Source: Cyanophora paradoxa CCMP329 (Eukaryota > Plantae > Glaucophyta). Taken from it: a stretch of 64,000 nt of DNA. The position numbers and the translations under genes are program-made. The DNA lies in NCBI GenBank assembly GCA_004431415.1, contig QPMI01000127.1:1-64000 (forward strand), given 5' to 3'. The notes under the pieces are model-generated. The model saw only the letters and a list, made by a program, of their open reading frames with translations. It did not search any database and was not told the origin of the DNA. Positions 11,540 to 23,439 of this stretch are shown piece by piece; the first letter of the stretch is position 1; every line of letters starts with the position of its first letter.

Positions 11540-12191
11540 GTCAGGCGGCAGGCAAGGCATGGCGGCGCCCTGAGGCCCCCGCCAGCGCCCCAGACGGCCG
11601 CGGCCGCCCAGATTGCCATCCCGTCGCGCGTGTCGTCGCCGGCCGCCTCCGCCTTGCGCAGGGCCGCCGCCGCCGCGAGCTGATGGCCTCCGTTCTCGGC
11701 GGCCGGCGCCGCCGGGCCGCCCCGATGGCCTTGAGCTCCTTGTTGACGCGGGCGATCTCCAGGCGGGCGCGGGCCTTGGCGACCTCGAGATCGAGGGCAG
11801 CGCGGGCCTTGGCGGCCTCGAGCTCCTGGGCGGCACGCTGGGCCTCGCGCTGGGCCTCGGCCTTGGCGGCCTCGAGCTCCTGCTGGAGGAAGCTGTCGGC
11901 CCGGTGCGCGCGCGCACCGCCCGGTCGGTCCGTCCGCCCGTCCTTCCGTCACTCATGACGTCACACAGGGTCCGCCCTCGCCGTTCGACTCGCTCGACGA
12001 CGCTCCTGCTGCAGGGGATGCCCGACTGGTTCGACGGCGCCGGCGCCGCCATTGCCGTCGGGGCGCACCACGATGCGGTCATGCGGGCGCCCCCGCCGGG
12101 CTCGCTGCAGCCGGTCCCGTTCCACGACGGCGATGGCGGCGCCCCGGCGCCTCCGGTCCCGGGCCTGCCCGGCGCCGGCGCACGGCCGGGC

Positions 12192-12330
12192 CGCGAGCTC
12201 CCGCGCTTCATCTGCATGGGGGTCTTCTGCTCTTGGTCGTGCGCCAAGGCCTACTGCATCACGTCCGGGAGCGTTCACATGCAGCGCGCCCTGTCGTGGC
12301 TCGGGCTCCTCTACCGCCGAACGACGGGCG
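12192..12330 (+). pseudogene. VLTF2-like late transcription factor, fragment 2
   Basis: RFICMGVFCSWSCAKAY...LLYRRTTG (GxFCSWxCxKAY). Confidence 0.85.
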
Positions 12331-12434
12331 AGCAGGGCTCGTTGTCGCCGTCGCAGCCTCTGCCGCCCTCGTGGTGGCCATGGCGGCGACGCTTATGCAC
12401 CTGTGCCGCCGGCAGGGGCGGCGGTGATGGGGCT

Positions 12435-12730
12435 CGCTGCTCCTCGTAGTCCCTGAGGTACTTCATGCTATCCAGGAGCCAGTCGATCTCACCCGACGCC
12501 GCGCGCCGCGCCTCCTCCTCGAGCTCCCGGCGGCGCCCGGCGAGCTCCGCCAGGCGGTCCTTCAGCGCGCGGCGGCCAGGGCCGGCCTGCCCGGCCGACG
12601 CCGCTTGCAGCTGCCCCTGGACATCCTGCATCTCGCGGTCCAGCTGCCGGGCCTCCTCCTGCGCACGCCTCTGCACATCCTCGTAGTTCCGCATCTTCTC
12701 CTCCATGCTAGCGTAGAGGCTTGTCTGGTC
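12435..12730 (-). pseudogene. VLTF3-like late transcription factor, N-terminal coiled-coil fragment
   Basis: Coiled coil ending EIDWLLDSMKYLRDYEEQR, similar to the E.dYLLD.skYifDY motif preceding the VLTF3 zinc ribbon. Confidence 0.55.
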
Positions 12731-13020
12731 GTCACGAACCCGCCGCCGCCTCCGTACTGGACCCTCGTCACGTCGCTGCCTCCGCCACCCGCCCCCCAGA
12801 GCTTGACGGTCGCGCTGGTCACTCCGGCGGGTACGGTCCACGTCTGGTCCGCCCCGGTGTAGCTGAAGATAAGCTTCGTGACGGCCGTGGCGGCGCTCGC
12901 CCCACGGAAGTAGGACATGAGCATGGTGGTGCGGCTCGAGGGGACGCTTGGGGCGTTCGCTGAGGCGCCTACGAAGGAGCCCCCCTTGAAGAGCTGCGAG
13001 AGGTAGACGGGCCCCGTGAT
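12730..13020 (-). CDS. glycine-rich-domain virion/surface protein fragment (paralogue 1)
   Basis: FSYTGADQTWTVPAGVTSATVKLWGAGGGG. Confidence 0.75.
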
Positions 13021-13095
13021 GCGACGGTGACGGTGGCCGCGGCAGTGGGCGCCATGGGCGTGCGTATGTATGTATTGCATGCACTCTGAATAACA

Positions 13096-13362
13096 TCACG
13101 ACGCCGCGTCCGCGCCGGCGCCCGCCCGGGCCCCCGCGCCCAGCGAGATCTCCCCCGTGCCGACCTTGATCGCCGCCGCCAGCATCCCCAGCTCCTCGCG
13201 GGCCTGGGCGGCCATGAACTCCTCGACCAGCGGCGCCAGGGGCGGCGGGAGCGTGGCCCAGACGTCGACGCGCGCCATGAAGGCGTAGGACTCGCCGGCG
13301 CGCCTCTCCTCCAGCACGAAGGTCGGGCGGATGCCGAGGAGCTCGGCGCCGGCCACGGCCAG
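13096..13362 (-). pseudogene. conserved NCLDV hypothetical protein, C-terminal half
   Basis: GAELLGIRPTFVLEE...ATLPPPLAPLVEEFM; appears to continue 34310-34604. Confidence 0.55.
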
Positions 13363-13635
13363 CGCTACGAGGCGGAGGCCGCCGCGGAGTACGAGAGCCG
13401 CTCCGGTCAGATCTGCCTCCAGTTCGGGCTCATCTCCCACCCGGACCCCGAGCTGGCGTGGCTCGGGGGCTCCCCTGACCGCGTCACCCTGGCGGGGCGC
13501 CTGGTCGAGATCAAGTGCCCCTACAAGAGGGCCATCACGCACCAGTGCCCCAAGCACTACTACGGCCAGGTCCAGATCCTTCTCGAGTGCCTCGACCTCG
13601 AGGTCTGCGACTTTGTCCAGTACAGGCCGCCTGCC
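13351..13635 (+). pseudogene. YqaJ-like viral recombinase/alkaline exonuclease, internal fragment
   Basis: HGQRYE...FGLISHP...WLGGSPD...LVEIKCPYKR...HYYGQVQILLECLDLEVCDFVQYRP; startless so missing from the ORF track. Confidence 0.9.
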
Positions 13636-13999
13636 CTCCTCTCGGCCCTGGTCTCCGAGCTCCCGCCGGACGACGCGGCGCAGATCAGCTCGCTCGTGCC
13701 GGTGGGGCTGCGGCTCCAGGAGGCGGTGCGCAGGCAGCGCGAGGAGGTCATCGTGCGCATGGTGGCCGAGCGGCGCGTCCTGGAGCAGCAGGCGGCGGCG
13801 CACGCGGCGCGGGCGGCGGCGGCCGAGAGCAAGCGGGCCTACTACGACGGGCTGCGGCTGCGGAGGAGGGTTCAGGCGGATTCCGAGTCGGATTCGGGTC
13901 CAGAGTCGGAGGAGGATGGGAGTGCCCCCTCGTCGCCCAAGCGGAGGCGTCGCTCGGCAGCCCTGGACACCCGCGCTTCGGAGTAGGAGCTCTGTAAAG

Positions 14000-14270
14000 A
14001 ACACACTAGATTCGAAGACACGAAGACCCCTAGAGACACGACCGCCAAGACTAGATGCGAAAGAGACACGTAGCTAAAGTCAAGACCACCGGTTGCGAGA
14101 GGAGATTGCCAAGACTAGATGCGAAAGAGACACGGAGCTAAAGCCAAGACCACTACTTGCGAGACACGTAGCTAAAGTCAAAAGACCACGGAGATTGCCA
14201 AGACTAGATGCAGACAAGCCACAGCTTCCAAAGACACTACCACAACTGGCTGCTAGACAGCACAGAGAGA
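14000..14270. repeat. A-rich degenerate minisatellite
   Basis: gccaagactagatgcgaaagagacacg(t/g)agctaaag(t/c)caagaccac at about 14044 and 14108, partial copies at 14161 and 14190. Confidence 0.8.
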
Positions 14271-14494
14271 TGCCGGCAGTGGCCTCACGGGTCCTGCGCC
14301 TTCGGATCCGCCGCCCTCTCCTCCCCCCTGAGCCTCGCCAACTCACGGTTCGCGGCATCGAGCTCCTGGCGGAGCCGGAGGATCTCCTCGTCGCGGGGGT
14401 CCGCCGGGGCCGGCGCCATCATCAGCGCCGAGGCGCCCGGACCGGCGCCCGCCGCCGCCGCCGCCGCCGCCTCGGCCGGCGCCGGCGCCATCAT

Positions 14495-14840
14495 CCGCGT
14501 TGCTGCCCGTCCCCTCGCCCGCAGCGCCCCCCGCATCCTGCGTGCCACCTCCTCCTCCGGCGCCGCTGGTACCCCTGGTGCCAAACCCTGTCAGCCCTCC
14601 CGCCCCGCCGCCCTTGGCCGAGCTGTTGCCGCCCGCCCCGCCACCGCCCGCCGTGATCAGATCGGCACCGCCGGAGCGTATGGCCGACCGCCCGCCGCCG
14701 GAGCCAGCGTACTGCGTCCCGTTCATCGCCCGACCGCCCCCGCCATACACCACATTTGCGGCCTGGGTACCCGCCGCGCCAGGCCCACCCACCATGACAG
14801 TGAGGGTCTCTTCCGGGACAAGGGAGAGCACACCGGAAAC
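14495..14840 (-). CDS. glycine-rich-domain protein internal fragment
   Basis: VSGVLSLVPEETLTVMVGG...SGGGRSAIR...DLITAGGGG. Confidence 0.7.
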
Positions 14841-15060
14841 TCCAGCTCCCCGATGAACTCGTCCTGCCTCGCCGTGCTTGCGAGCAGGGGCACGAGCGAG
14901 TCGCTGAATAGGGCCAGCGCGGGCACGACCTGACCGTCCCAGAGCGCCGCGTCGCGCGCCACCTCCTGCACGCACACCGCCCCGCTCCCGTGGTGGTACT
15001 GCACGTGCAGGCCCGTAGGCCGGTCCAGGAGGAAGAGGTAGGCCTGCAGCTGGATCGCTC
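14840..15060 (-). pseudogene. second YqaJ/PD-(D/E)xK-like nuclease, C-terminal fragment
   Basis: IQLQAYLFLLD...VARDAALWDGQVVPAL resembles the Q-x-Q-x-Y and RD..LW motifs. Confidence 0.55.
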
Positions 15061-16714
15061 GACGGCAACGCGTGGACCTCCCCGGCCCCCGGCGGCACCT
15101 TCGAGACGGGCCGCATCTCCCTCTCGACGCGCGGCGACCCGGGCGCCGCTTCGACCTTCGCGGCGTTCCTCGACGAGGCCCTCCCCGACGGGCCGGCGCC
15201 CCTTGCTGGCGTGTACCTCCGCTCCCTCTCGGTCTACTACCAGATCGGCGCCCAGACAGTCCGGGCGGCCCGCGGCCGGGGGCCGTCCTCGGCATGCAGC
15301 TGCGGGCGCTTCTCTCGCACGCGGACCACCTGCGGCAGCTCGCGGGCGAGGGCGGCGGCGGCATGACGGTCGGCCTGGTCGAGCGCTGCCACCTCTCGTC
15401 GCAGGAGGTCTTCGCAGAGTACTGGCACGGGCGCGGCGACCTCTCCGGCCCGGAGCGGGACCTGCTGCGGGAGGCCACCGCTGCCCTCGCGCCCCACGAC
15501 CCCCGGGGCAAACGGGCTTCGGCGGCCGGTCGCCGGCAGCCCGGGCCCCCCCCACCCCGACGACCAGCTCTGGTTCGAGAGGGCCTTCCCTCGCCTGATG
15601 GAGATCGCGAACTACCGCGTCCCGTTCCTCATGGCCAAGCCGGCGCGGCCGCCAAGGCCGCTGTTTGAGTACCCGCCCCGGCCCCCACCGCCCTCTCAGA
15701 GTAGGGTAAGTCTACACGGCATGTCGTCGTCCTCCCGTCAGCAGCTGCTCCGGCCCCAGTCCGCCCCGGCCCCCCGCGGCGCCCGTGGTTCGCATGCACA
15801 TGCCGGAGGCGGCCCCGCGCCCCCGCTCCGGTCCGGGCGCTACGCCCCGCGCGGTGGGGCCGGCGGAGGCCGCCCCCCGCACCCCCCGCATTACATCGAG
15901 GAGTACGACGAGGAGGACATCGAGGGGGACGAGGACGGAGACGACGACGATGATACCTCCTCGATTGGCGGCAGTGACCTGGCGGACGCGTTCCTCGGCG
16001 ACTTCTTCGAGCACGTTCTGACCTCGTCAAAGGGGCCTGTGTCGGCCGCAACGGCCTGGGCCGCCGATGATTGGGCCCGCGGGCTCGCCGACTACCTCGC
16101 CGAGGCCGGCACCGAGGCCGGCATCGACGAGGTCGTCGCCGTTGCCGAGCTCATCGAGAAGTCAAAGGGGGTCGCGTGCTACATCGGGGCGATGTACGCT
16201 GGCTTCGTGAAGGAGGTCAACGGCGGCGGCGGTGCCCCCAAGCCCGCCCAGTCCCAGTAGTATCCCAGCACGCGGTCGCGCCAGGCCCCCGTGTTTCTCT
16301 GCAGTGTGCTGTGTGTGTGTGTGTGTGTGTGTGTGCGTGCAAACAGGCACGGCATGCTGCGGCCCCTCCGCCCCCAGAACCGCACGCTCACCGAGGCCGC
16401 CCTTGATGCCCTGTCGCGGTTCCTTGAGCTCCCGCGCCTCCTCTCCGCATCCCCCGCCATCGAGAGGGAACTGCGTGAATCCGAGGGGAGGCAGAGGAAG
16501 CTCTTCCGGCGCGGGCGGGCCTTCGCCCTCCTCGACGAGTTCAATGACCTCGTCGAGAAGGTCCGCCTCCTGGCGGCGCAGGCAAGTGCCGACTCTGACA
16601 CCGCCCCCCCGGGCCGGATCCACGGGGGGGGTCCGGTGGCTGCCGACGCCGCTGCCCTCTGGGAGCTCGCCCAGTCCGCGTGGCTCCCGAGCACCTTCCG
16701 CCTCCCCCTCGGGC

Positions 16715-17052
16715 CCGTCTGCGCCCAGTCTGGCAGCAGCGCCGCCTGCTCGGCGCACACGGACAGGTGCACCAACGGCTGCCCCTTCACCGCCCCCTGG
16801 CGGACGGCGTGCGGCTGCGAGGCGGGGCCCCCGCGGAACGGGAACGCCCCCTGCCCCGCGGGGGACGCCGCCTGCGCCGCCACCTACTGCGCCAACGGCT
16901 GCGTGCCGGGCGAGTTCCGCACCGCGTGCGGCTGCGAGGCGAGCCCCGTCCCGGCGTACCTCGACTCGCGCACCTACTGCGCCTCGGGCTGCCGGCCGGC
17001 GGAGACGAGGGACCCCGTGTCGGGGGCGTGCAGGCTGCCGCCCCGCAGCTAG
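16715..17052 (+). CDS. Cys-rich repeat protein C-terminal fragment
   Basis: CTNGCP, CANGCVPG, RTACGCE repeats. Confidence 0.65.
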
Positions 17053-17293
17053 GAAATATTGTCGTCGCGATGATGAACCAATCCAAATGGCCACCGCCGC
17101 GCGGGCCCTCGCGTACGCCGTCCTCGCCGTCCTGGCCGCCCTGGTGGCCGCCGGGCTCTACGTCGCCCTGGTCCTGCGGTGGGACCGCGCCCGCTTCCGC
17201 GCCGAGTACTGCCGCCGGTGGTGCGGCAGGTGGCCGCGCCTCTGCGTCGGCGTCGTCGGCGGCGGGTGCGGCCCGGTCGGCGGCGGGGCCGCC

Positions 17294-17339
<46 letters not shown>

Positions 17340-19116
17340 CGGCCCCGCGCCGGCGCCTGGCGGGGTCCTCGCCCTCCTGGAGAACACGAGGTGGGACCCC
17401 CCTGCCGACGCCCACATGACGTACCAAGAACAGGGCCTCGTCGCGCCCCACGTCGGCGGGAACAGGTACTGGTTCGGCCCCGGGGGGCGGGGCGCTCGCC
17501 GCTTCTTCCACTACCCCGTCGGCCAGCCGCAGGCCCCCCGGTGGGCACCCGGCATCCCCCATGATTTCGCGTATGTAGTCAAGCAGGAGCAGGAGCCGCG
17601 CACGATCAGGATCGACTTCGACGGAGGCATCTTCTCGTCGTTCACCATGGAGCTCTCGGACGATGGCAGCACCCTGACGGTCCCCCGCTCCTGGGTCATC
17701 ACAGGGGACAACAGGCAAGCGGGTTCTCCTCGGCCCCGCCGGGTGGCCCTAGTTTGTTTGTAAATCCGATATATATATTATATATATATATAATACATAC
17801 GAATACACACATACGTAACAGCACGCCCGCCGCCGGCGGGCCCCGGCGCCTAGTCGAATTTTCTAGTGCCTTGCTGGGCAACATGAATGTTCTGCAGGCG
17901 CTCATCGAGGGGCGGGTCCAGGGCACATTGAAAGGGCGCCTTCCGGGCCTGGCCTTTGCTATTGCCCTCGTGGCCGCTGGGAAGATCAACTGGGTCGTCC
18001 TCGACAACCCGCGCTGGCACCGGAGGGGCATAAGGCCGTTCAACAGGAATCAGATCCACTTGATCCTTCTGGGCTTCGGGTACGAGCGCATCGTCGGGGG
18101 CGACGGCACGTGGAGGTACGAATTCTGGGCTCGGGCCCCCCGCATGAGCTTGGACCTGCTCAATCGGCGGGAGGTCGAGGGGCGGTGGCCGAGGGGGACG
18201 GAGTGCCTTCGCGTGCTGTTCTTGAGCACGGTACATCTCTGGGCGGAAGAGTTCTCGCTTCCGGTGCCGCCGTCGGCCGACCCCCCCGTGCCAACCGAAG
18301 ACCCCCAGCGGTTCGACGTCGACGGCTGGCTGGCTCAGGCGTACGGGCTGCCCCCGCTCGGTTGGAATATAGCAACTGCCGTACAGAGTAAGCTCACAAT
18401 TTGGTACGAAGCTGTCCCGGCCCCCGCTGGCCACAGAGTGCCGCGTGCCGACCCGCGGGTCCACGAACGGGGCAACGCGCAGGCCAACTCGATCATGTCA
18501 ATCGTCGCCGCTCGATCGCGCGGTTCACGAGGCGGCACGGGGGGCCGGAGGCGGTAAAGTCTGCGTGCAGGAGCGGAACACGATCGTTCTCCGGCCAGAA
18601 GGGGGTCCGGATCACGCAGTCGCACACTGCGGTTGTTGAGTAGGCGCAACCCCGTGTTGCCGAGGGGCGAGATGCCGATGAGAGGGGTCAGCGCGCCCCG
18701 GAGCCTTGGCTCCATGTTGTTCATAAAGTCGTCGATGCGCAGGAGCGCATTCTCGCACTGGGCCAGCGCCCTCGCCCGGGCCGCCTGGACCAGCGTGCGG
18801 GTCGGCATCTCTAGCACACTGCAGCAGCAGGGAAAAAACGTGTCTCGGGCTTGCGTGGGGGAAGGGGTACAGCAAAACGCGCGCGGACGGACGGTCCGGC
18901 GACGCAAGCGGCCAGCCGCCGTCGATGTGAGTGCTCCCGGGCCCGCATTTGCTCTTCTGACGCATCGGGGCGCCCAGGAAGCGCAGGATGACGCAGCCCG
19001 AGGCCGACCTGTCATCATCATCGCCGCCGGCTGCCGCCGAGCAGGAGCAGCAGCAGCAGCAGCAGCACCCGTGCTGGGGCGGTGGATGAGCCGGCGGCGG
19101 GCGTGCAGGCGGCGGG

Positions 19117-19303
19117 CGAGCCCGTGTCAGGCACCTTCAGCCTAAAGTACCTGCTCTCCTTCACAAGGGCATCCAGCCTCTGCAACTCCGTGGACCTCTA
19201 CTTTGCCCCCCATTTCCCGATCATCGTTGAGTACGCGGTCGCGAACCTCGGCCACCTCAAGTTCTGCCTCGCCCCGCGCCAGGGCGACGTGGACATGGGT
19301 TAG
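19117..19303 (+). pseudogene. PCNA: PCNA sliding clamp, C-terminal fragment
   Basis: GTFSLKYLLSFTRASSLCNSVDLY...FPIIVEYAVANLGHLKFCLAP (NCLDV-type ending). Confidence 0.9.
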
Positions 19304-20580
19304 GTGCATGTAAACGAATGATTCCTGAGTGAATTTCCGTGAGAGGAGAAACATCAAAGGAGGGGAGGGGGGGGTTCAGTCCCGCATTCGCCGCCGAGTA
19401 CCGCCGCATCGTCCTGGGGCGGTCGGGGCGCATGTACCACGCGCGGGACCCCGTCCCGGGGGTGCTCCAGTCGGGCTTCGTGCACGCCGTCCCGGGTTAC
19501 ATGATCTCCACCTGGACAAACCTCTTCATCAGCGCCCACCGGTCCGGGGTGTACGAGAGCGCCATGCTCACGGGGCCCGGCTCCGTCCCCTGGCTCTCCA
19601 TGACTGCCCTCGCGCTGGGCTCGGCGGCGCTCCTGGCGGCCGCCGCCTACCGCAAGCAGCGGCGCTGGCGCCGGGTCCTGCAGCGGCGGGGCGCGGCCGA
19701 GGCGCCGCCGCCGCCGCGCCCCGCCACCCCAGTTTTCGTGCGGTAGGAACGTGCAAATTACATAGTATACATTGGGGTTCAACTTCCGCCCGCCAGCGCC
19801 CCGGGGAGCCTATACAGCCGCGCCGCCCGCCGGTTCCAGGCGAAGAGGAGCTCACGGCGCGCCCCGACGACCCAGCACCGGAAGCTCCGGAAGACGGAGC
19901 CGGAGGCGGCCGCCATCGAGCCGGCGCAGAAGACCTCGTTAGCTTCGACTACGGCCCCGTCTCCTGGCGCGCGTGGCGGGCGATGTCGCTCGTCGAGGCG
20001 CACGATCTCGACACCAAGCCCGTGGGCGGCCCCCGCCGGCGCCGGGCACGCCCGGCGGGCCCGCGCCGACCCCTGCCCCATCGTAGCCTCCTCGGCGCCT
20101 GAGTACATGTCGAGGATGGCCTGCTGCAGTCCCGACAGGACCCCGTCTGGGATGTACATACCCGCCCAGAGGATCCAGAATGCGAAGAATGAAACCCCGA
20201 AGAGGTCATGTCTGCAGTAGTTGGCCCGGCGGGCGAGGAACCAGCGATAGGGTGCTACCGGGTTTTCCACCCCTGGGAACATTGCCGTGGCCCGTGTTAC
20301 TAGTTCCTGGTCTGGAGGCTGCTCTTCACTGTCCGCGTCGAGCACGGCCTGCCTGGTGGCCCTTGATATGCCGGCAATCTGCACGGGGTTCAAAGAGAAG
20401 TTTTGACCCTCGTACATCTTGATCAGCACTTCCTCGGCTATGTTTGATTGCGGTTGCGAGTTCCCCATGTCTGGGTCATGATCATTTCGAGAGAAAAAGT
20501 TCGAAGCGCGGCCGCAACGTACCGCGGCCGTATCGGGCCCTCGTTTCTCCCGCCACACCCAGTAAGGCCCATCCTCCTCC

Positions 20581-20760
20581 ATGGCCGCCTCCGACCGCCT
20601 GCTCCGGCGCTCGCTCCAGGCCCTCTGGGGCGACGAGGGGACGGCCGACCTCGTCGTCGCCGCCGCCGGGGGGCTCCTCCTCCCCCTCCACTCTCGAATC
20701 GTGGCGGGCCGCTGCGCCTCCCTCGGGGGGCTCGCCCGCCTCGCCGCGGCCGCGGCCAGC
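20581..20760 (+). pseudogene. BTB/POZ-domain protein N-terminal fragment
   Basis: LWGDEGTADLVVAAAGGLLLPLHSRIVAGRC fits the BTB D-x-x-h...H-x-x-h-h-A-x-R pattern. Confidence 0.55.
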
Positions 20761-21434
20761 TCCCCTCGCCGTCCGCAGCCCCCCGGGCCGCCGCGTCTGG
20801 GCTCGCGCCGCGGCCGCCCTTGTCGAGGGGCTGCAGCTGGCGGCGGAGCTCGAGCCCGATGCCGACGCAGCGGCCTCGGCGCTGGCGTTCCTGTGCGCCA
20901 TCGAGGCGGCGGCCTGCCGCTTCCGCCTCCCCGCCTCCGGCGGCGAAGTCAGCGGCGGCGACAACGACGAGGACGACGAGGAGAAGGAGGCGGCGGCCGA
21001 GTTGGCGATCGACCCGTACGCCCCCTGGGTCCCGGAGCCCCACCGCCTGCCGGCGGGCGCCGCCCGCTACCTGGTGCCCCCCCCGCACCCGGGCCTCCTC
21101 ACCCTCGAATCGTGGCGGGTCCCCGAGCCCGTCTTCCGCCGCCGCGTCTGGGCCTGCCTCGCCGACCTCCTGCCCGAGGACCCCGCCCGGCGCCACTGGC
21201 CCCTCTTCCTCGGCGAGGACATGCGCATCGCCGGCGGCGACTGGATGCACGCGTGCCTCATGTCCGTGCGGCCCCGCGCCCTCGGCTGCAAGAGCTTCCA
21301 GCACTTCGTCAAGCGCTACTACGGCTCCTGCCGGGGCCACGAGCTCCGGGTCTACTTCTTCGGGTCGGCCCCGGACCGCGACACCTGTTGCGCCCTTGGT
21401 TTTGTGTGCCCGGGCCGGGGTCCATGGCCAGCGC

Positions 21435-21779
21435 TCACTCGGGCTTCCCAATGATGAAAGTCGCTATGTTGAACACCACCAGCAGCACCCAGACCACGAT
21501 CAGGAGCAGGGCTCGCCAGCACGCCCACTGGTTGAGGATCTCCTTCTGCCTCTGGAGGAACCGCACCTGGTCGGATATGTAGATCGTGAAGAGAAATGTC
21601 TGTGCGAGGAGAATGTACCTCCCGAACGTCTTCATGAAGCCGTGCATGGCCAGGCGGCGCTGCTGCTGCCCCACGGCGCCCGCCTGGCCCAGGTCGGCGT
21701 ACTTGGGCAGGGCACCGGCATAGAAAGGGTCGGACTCTGGCATCTGGCTGAGCGCGATATTTGTCTGACACCTGCCCAT
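21435..21779 (-). CDS. small two-TM membrane protein
   Basis: 114 aa ORF with two hydrophobic segments, AT-rich start context. Confidence 0.5.
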   Translation of the reverse strand: MGRCQTNIALSQMPESDPFYAGALPKYADLGQAGAVGQQQRRLAMHGFMKTFGRYILLAQTFLFTIYISDQVRFLQRQKEILNQWACWRALLLIVVWVLLVVFNIATFIIGKPE

Positions 21780-21949
21780 ATTATATTCGGATGCGCTTCG
21801 TCGTGCAGTGCTCGAACGGGACCGCTGGGGGCACCGTCAACTTTTACTCCCACGAGAGCAACTTCAGCCCCCTCATCTACCACGTCGCGCGGGGGATCAC
21901 CCCTGCAGGGACGGAGGCGATCGTCCACACTGCCTCAGGCGCCTTCGCC

Positions 21950-22096
21950 CGTCCCGCCGCCCGCACCACCGCCCTACTACTACCCCCCGCCCCCGGCGCC
22001 CTACGGCTACTACTACGGCGCCCCCCCGCCGGCCCCCGCCCCTCCTGGCGGCCTCTCCGCCGCCGCCCCCGGCCTGCTCAACTCCGCCACCGACGG
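21950..22096 (+). pseudogene. DUF3592-like membrane protein, Pro/Tyr-rich N-terminal fragment
   Basis: PPPYYYPPPPAPYGYYYGAPPP...GLLNSATDG; parallels the N-terminus at 59340-59672. Confidence 0.6.
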
Positions 22097-22401
22097 GGTG
22101 GATCCGGGCGCTCGCCAGAAGATGATTGAGTGGGTGCTAAACCCCCCCCGCTCCAGTTCCGATCTGCCCCCGAGCCTCCTGATCATCAACGGGATGTTCT
22201 GGCGGCCGGAGCACATGACCCCGCGCCTGTACGGGGCCCTGCGGTACCTCGAAGCGCTCCAGGCAGAGAAAGAGAGAATGCACCGCCGCTGGTGATGGTA
22301 TGTCACATCGCCGTGATTGTACAATATAGGGGGAGGACCTGTACATCCGCTCGTACGTGTCCACAACGACGGGGACGAGGATGTCGAGGAGGCGGCGCTG
22401 T

Positions 22402-22868
22402 CCCGCCCTGCACCCGGATGGCGGATCGGCCGCCGCCGGACGCGTTCAGAGACCTGGCAGATCCCCAGGTCGTGTAGCCACCACCGCCGTAGACGGCGCT
22501 CCTTGAGCCCGTTCCGTTCCGACCGGCGCTCCCCACGATGAAAACGAGGGTTTCGTCCGGGGTGACGGACAGCGTGCCGGAGACGAAACCCCCGCCCCCG
22601 CCGGTCGAAGGGTTGTAGCCGGAGGCCGATGTCCCCGCGCCCCCCGCCCCCCACAGCTTGACGGTCACGCTGGTCACGCCGGCGGGGACGGTCCACGTCT
22701 GGTCCGCCCCGGTGTGGTTGAAGATGAGCTTCGTGACGGCCGCGGCGGCGCTCGCCCCACGGAAGTAGGACATGAGCATGGTGGTGCGGCTCGAGGGGAC
22801 GCTTGGGGCGTTCGCTGAGACGCCCACGAAGGAGCCCCCCTTGAAGAGCTGCGAGAGGTAGACGGGCC
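22402..22868 (-). CDS. glycine-rich-domain protein fragment (paralogue 2)
   Basis: Near-identical 5' part to 12730-13020 (GPVYLSQLFKGGSFVG...), diverging after KLWGAGG. Confidence 0.75.
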
Positions 22869-22875
22869 ATCACAC

Positions 22876-23439
22876 ATGCCGGCGGCGACGGCGGCCCCGC
22901 TCGCCGCGCCCCTCTCGCGCGAGGAGCTCGCGGAGGCCCTTGTCCTCCCGGCCTGCCTCGAGGTGCCCCCCGCCGGCGGCACCGACGCATCGCCCCGTCT
23001 CCTCCTCTTCCGCACTTCTGTCGTGGCGGCCAACGCCCCCCTCGAGCCCCTCATGATCGGCTCCGAGCAGGCCTCGATCCCTGTCGTCGATCCCGCCGGC
23101 CGCGTGCGCGCCTTCTGCGCGGCCAACGGCGGCGCCAGCCGGGTCGCCTTCTACGCCGACGCCCTCGAGTCGATTGAGGAGGGTGCACCGGCGGCGCTGC
23201 CCACCTACCGCATGGTCCTCGGCCACAGCCGCTTCCCCGGCGCGGCGGTGAGCCTCGCGACGGGGCGGCCCCTCCCTCACCTATTCCGCCCCGCCGAGGC
23301 CCTCGCCCTGGACCAGGGGAGCGCCCGAGCCGTCGCGGAGGCGGTCGCGGCGGCCACCGGCAAAGGCGGGGTCCCCCGGGCCGGACTCTTTGTGGTGCCA
23401 GCAAGGCACGCCGGCGCAGTCGTTAAGATGGTCGGTTGA
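22876..23439 (+). CDS. hypothetical protein
   Basis: 187 aa ORF followed by a T-tract; may be chimeric. Confidence 0.45.
   Translation: MPAATAAPLAAPLSREELAEALVLPACLEVPPAGGTDASPRLLLFRTSVVAANAPLEPLMIGSEQASIPVVDPAGRVRAFCAANGGASRVAFYADALESIEEGAPAALPTYRMVLGHSRFPGAAVSLATGRPLPHLFRPAEALALDQGSARAVAEAVAAATGKGGVPRAGLFVVPARHAGAVVKMVG

Noticed and set aside
11540-12197. Ordinary spliceosomal intron in VLTF2
   Set aside because: GT..AG ends are present, but the acceptor is GAG, the length is about ten times that of local introns and the interior is a mosaic of other genes; kept only as an alternative.
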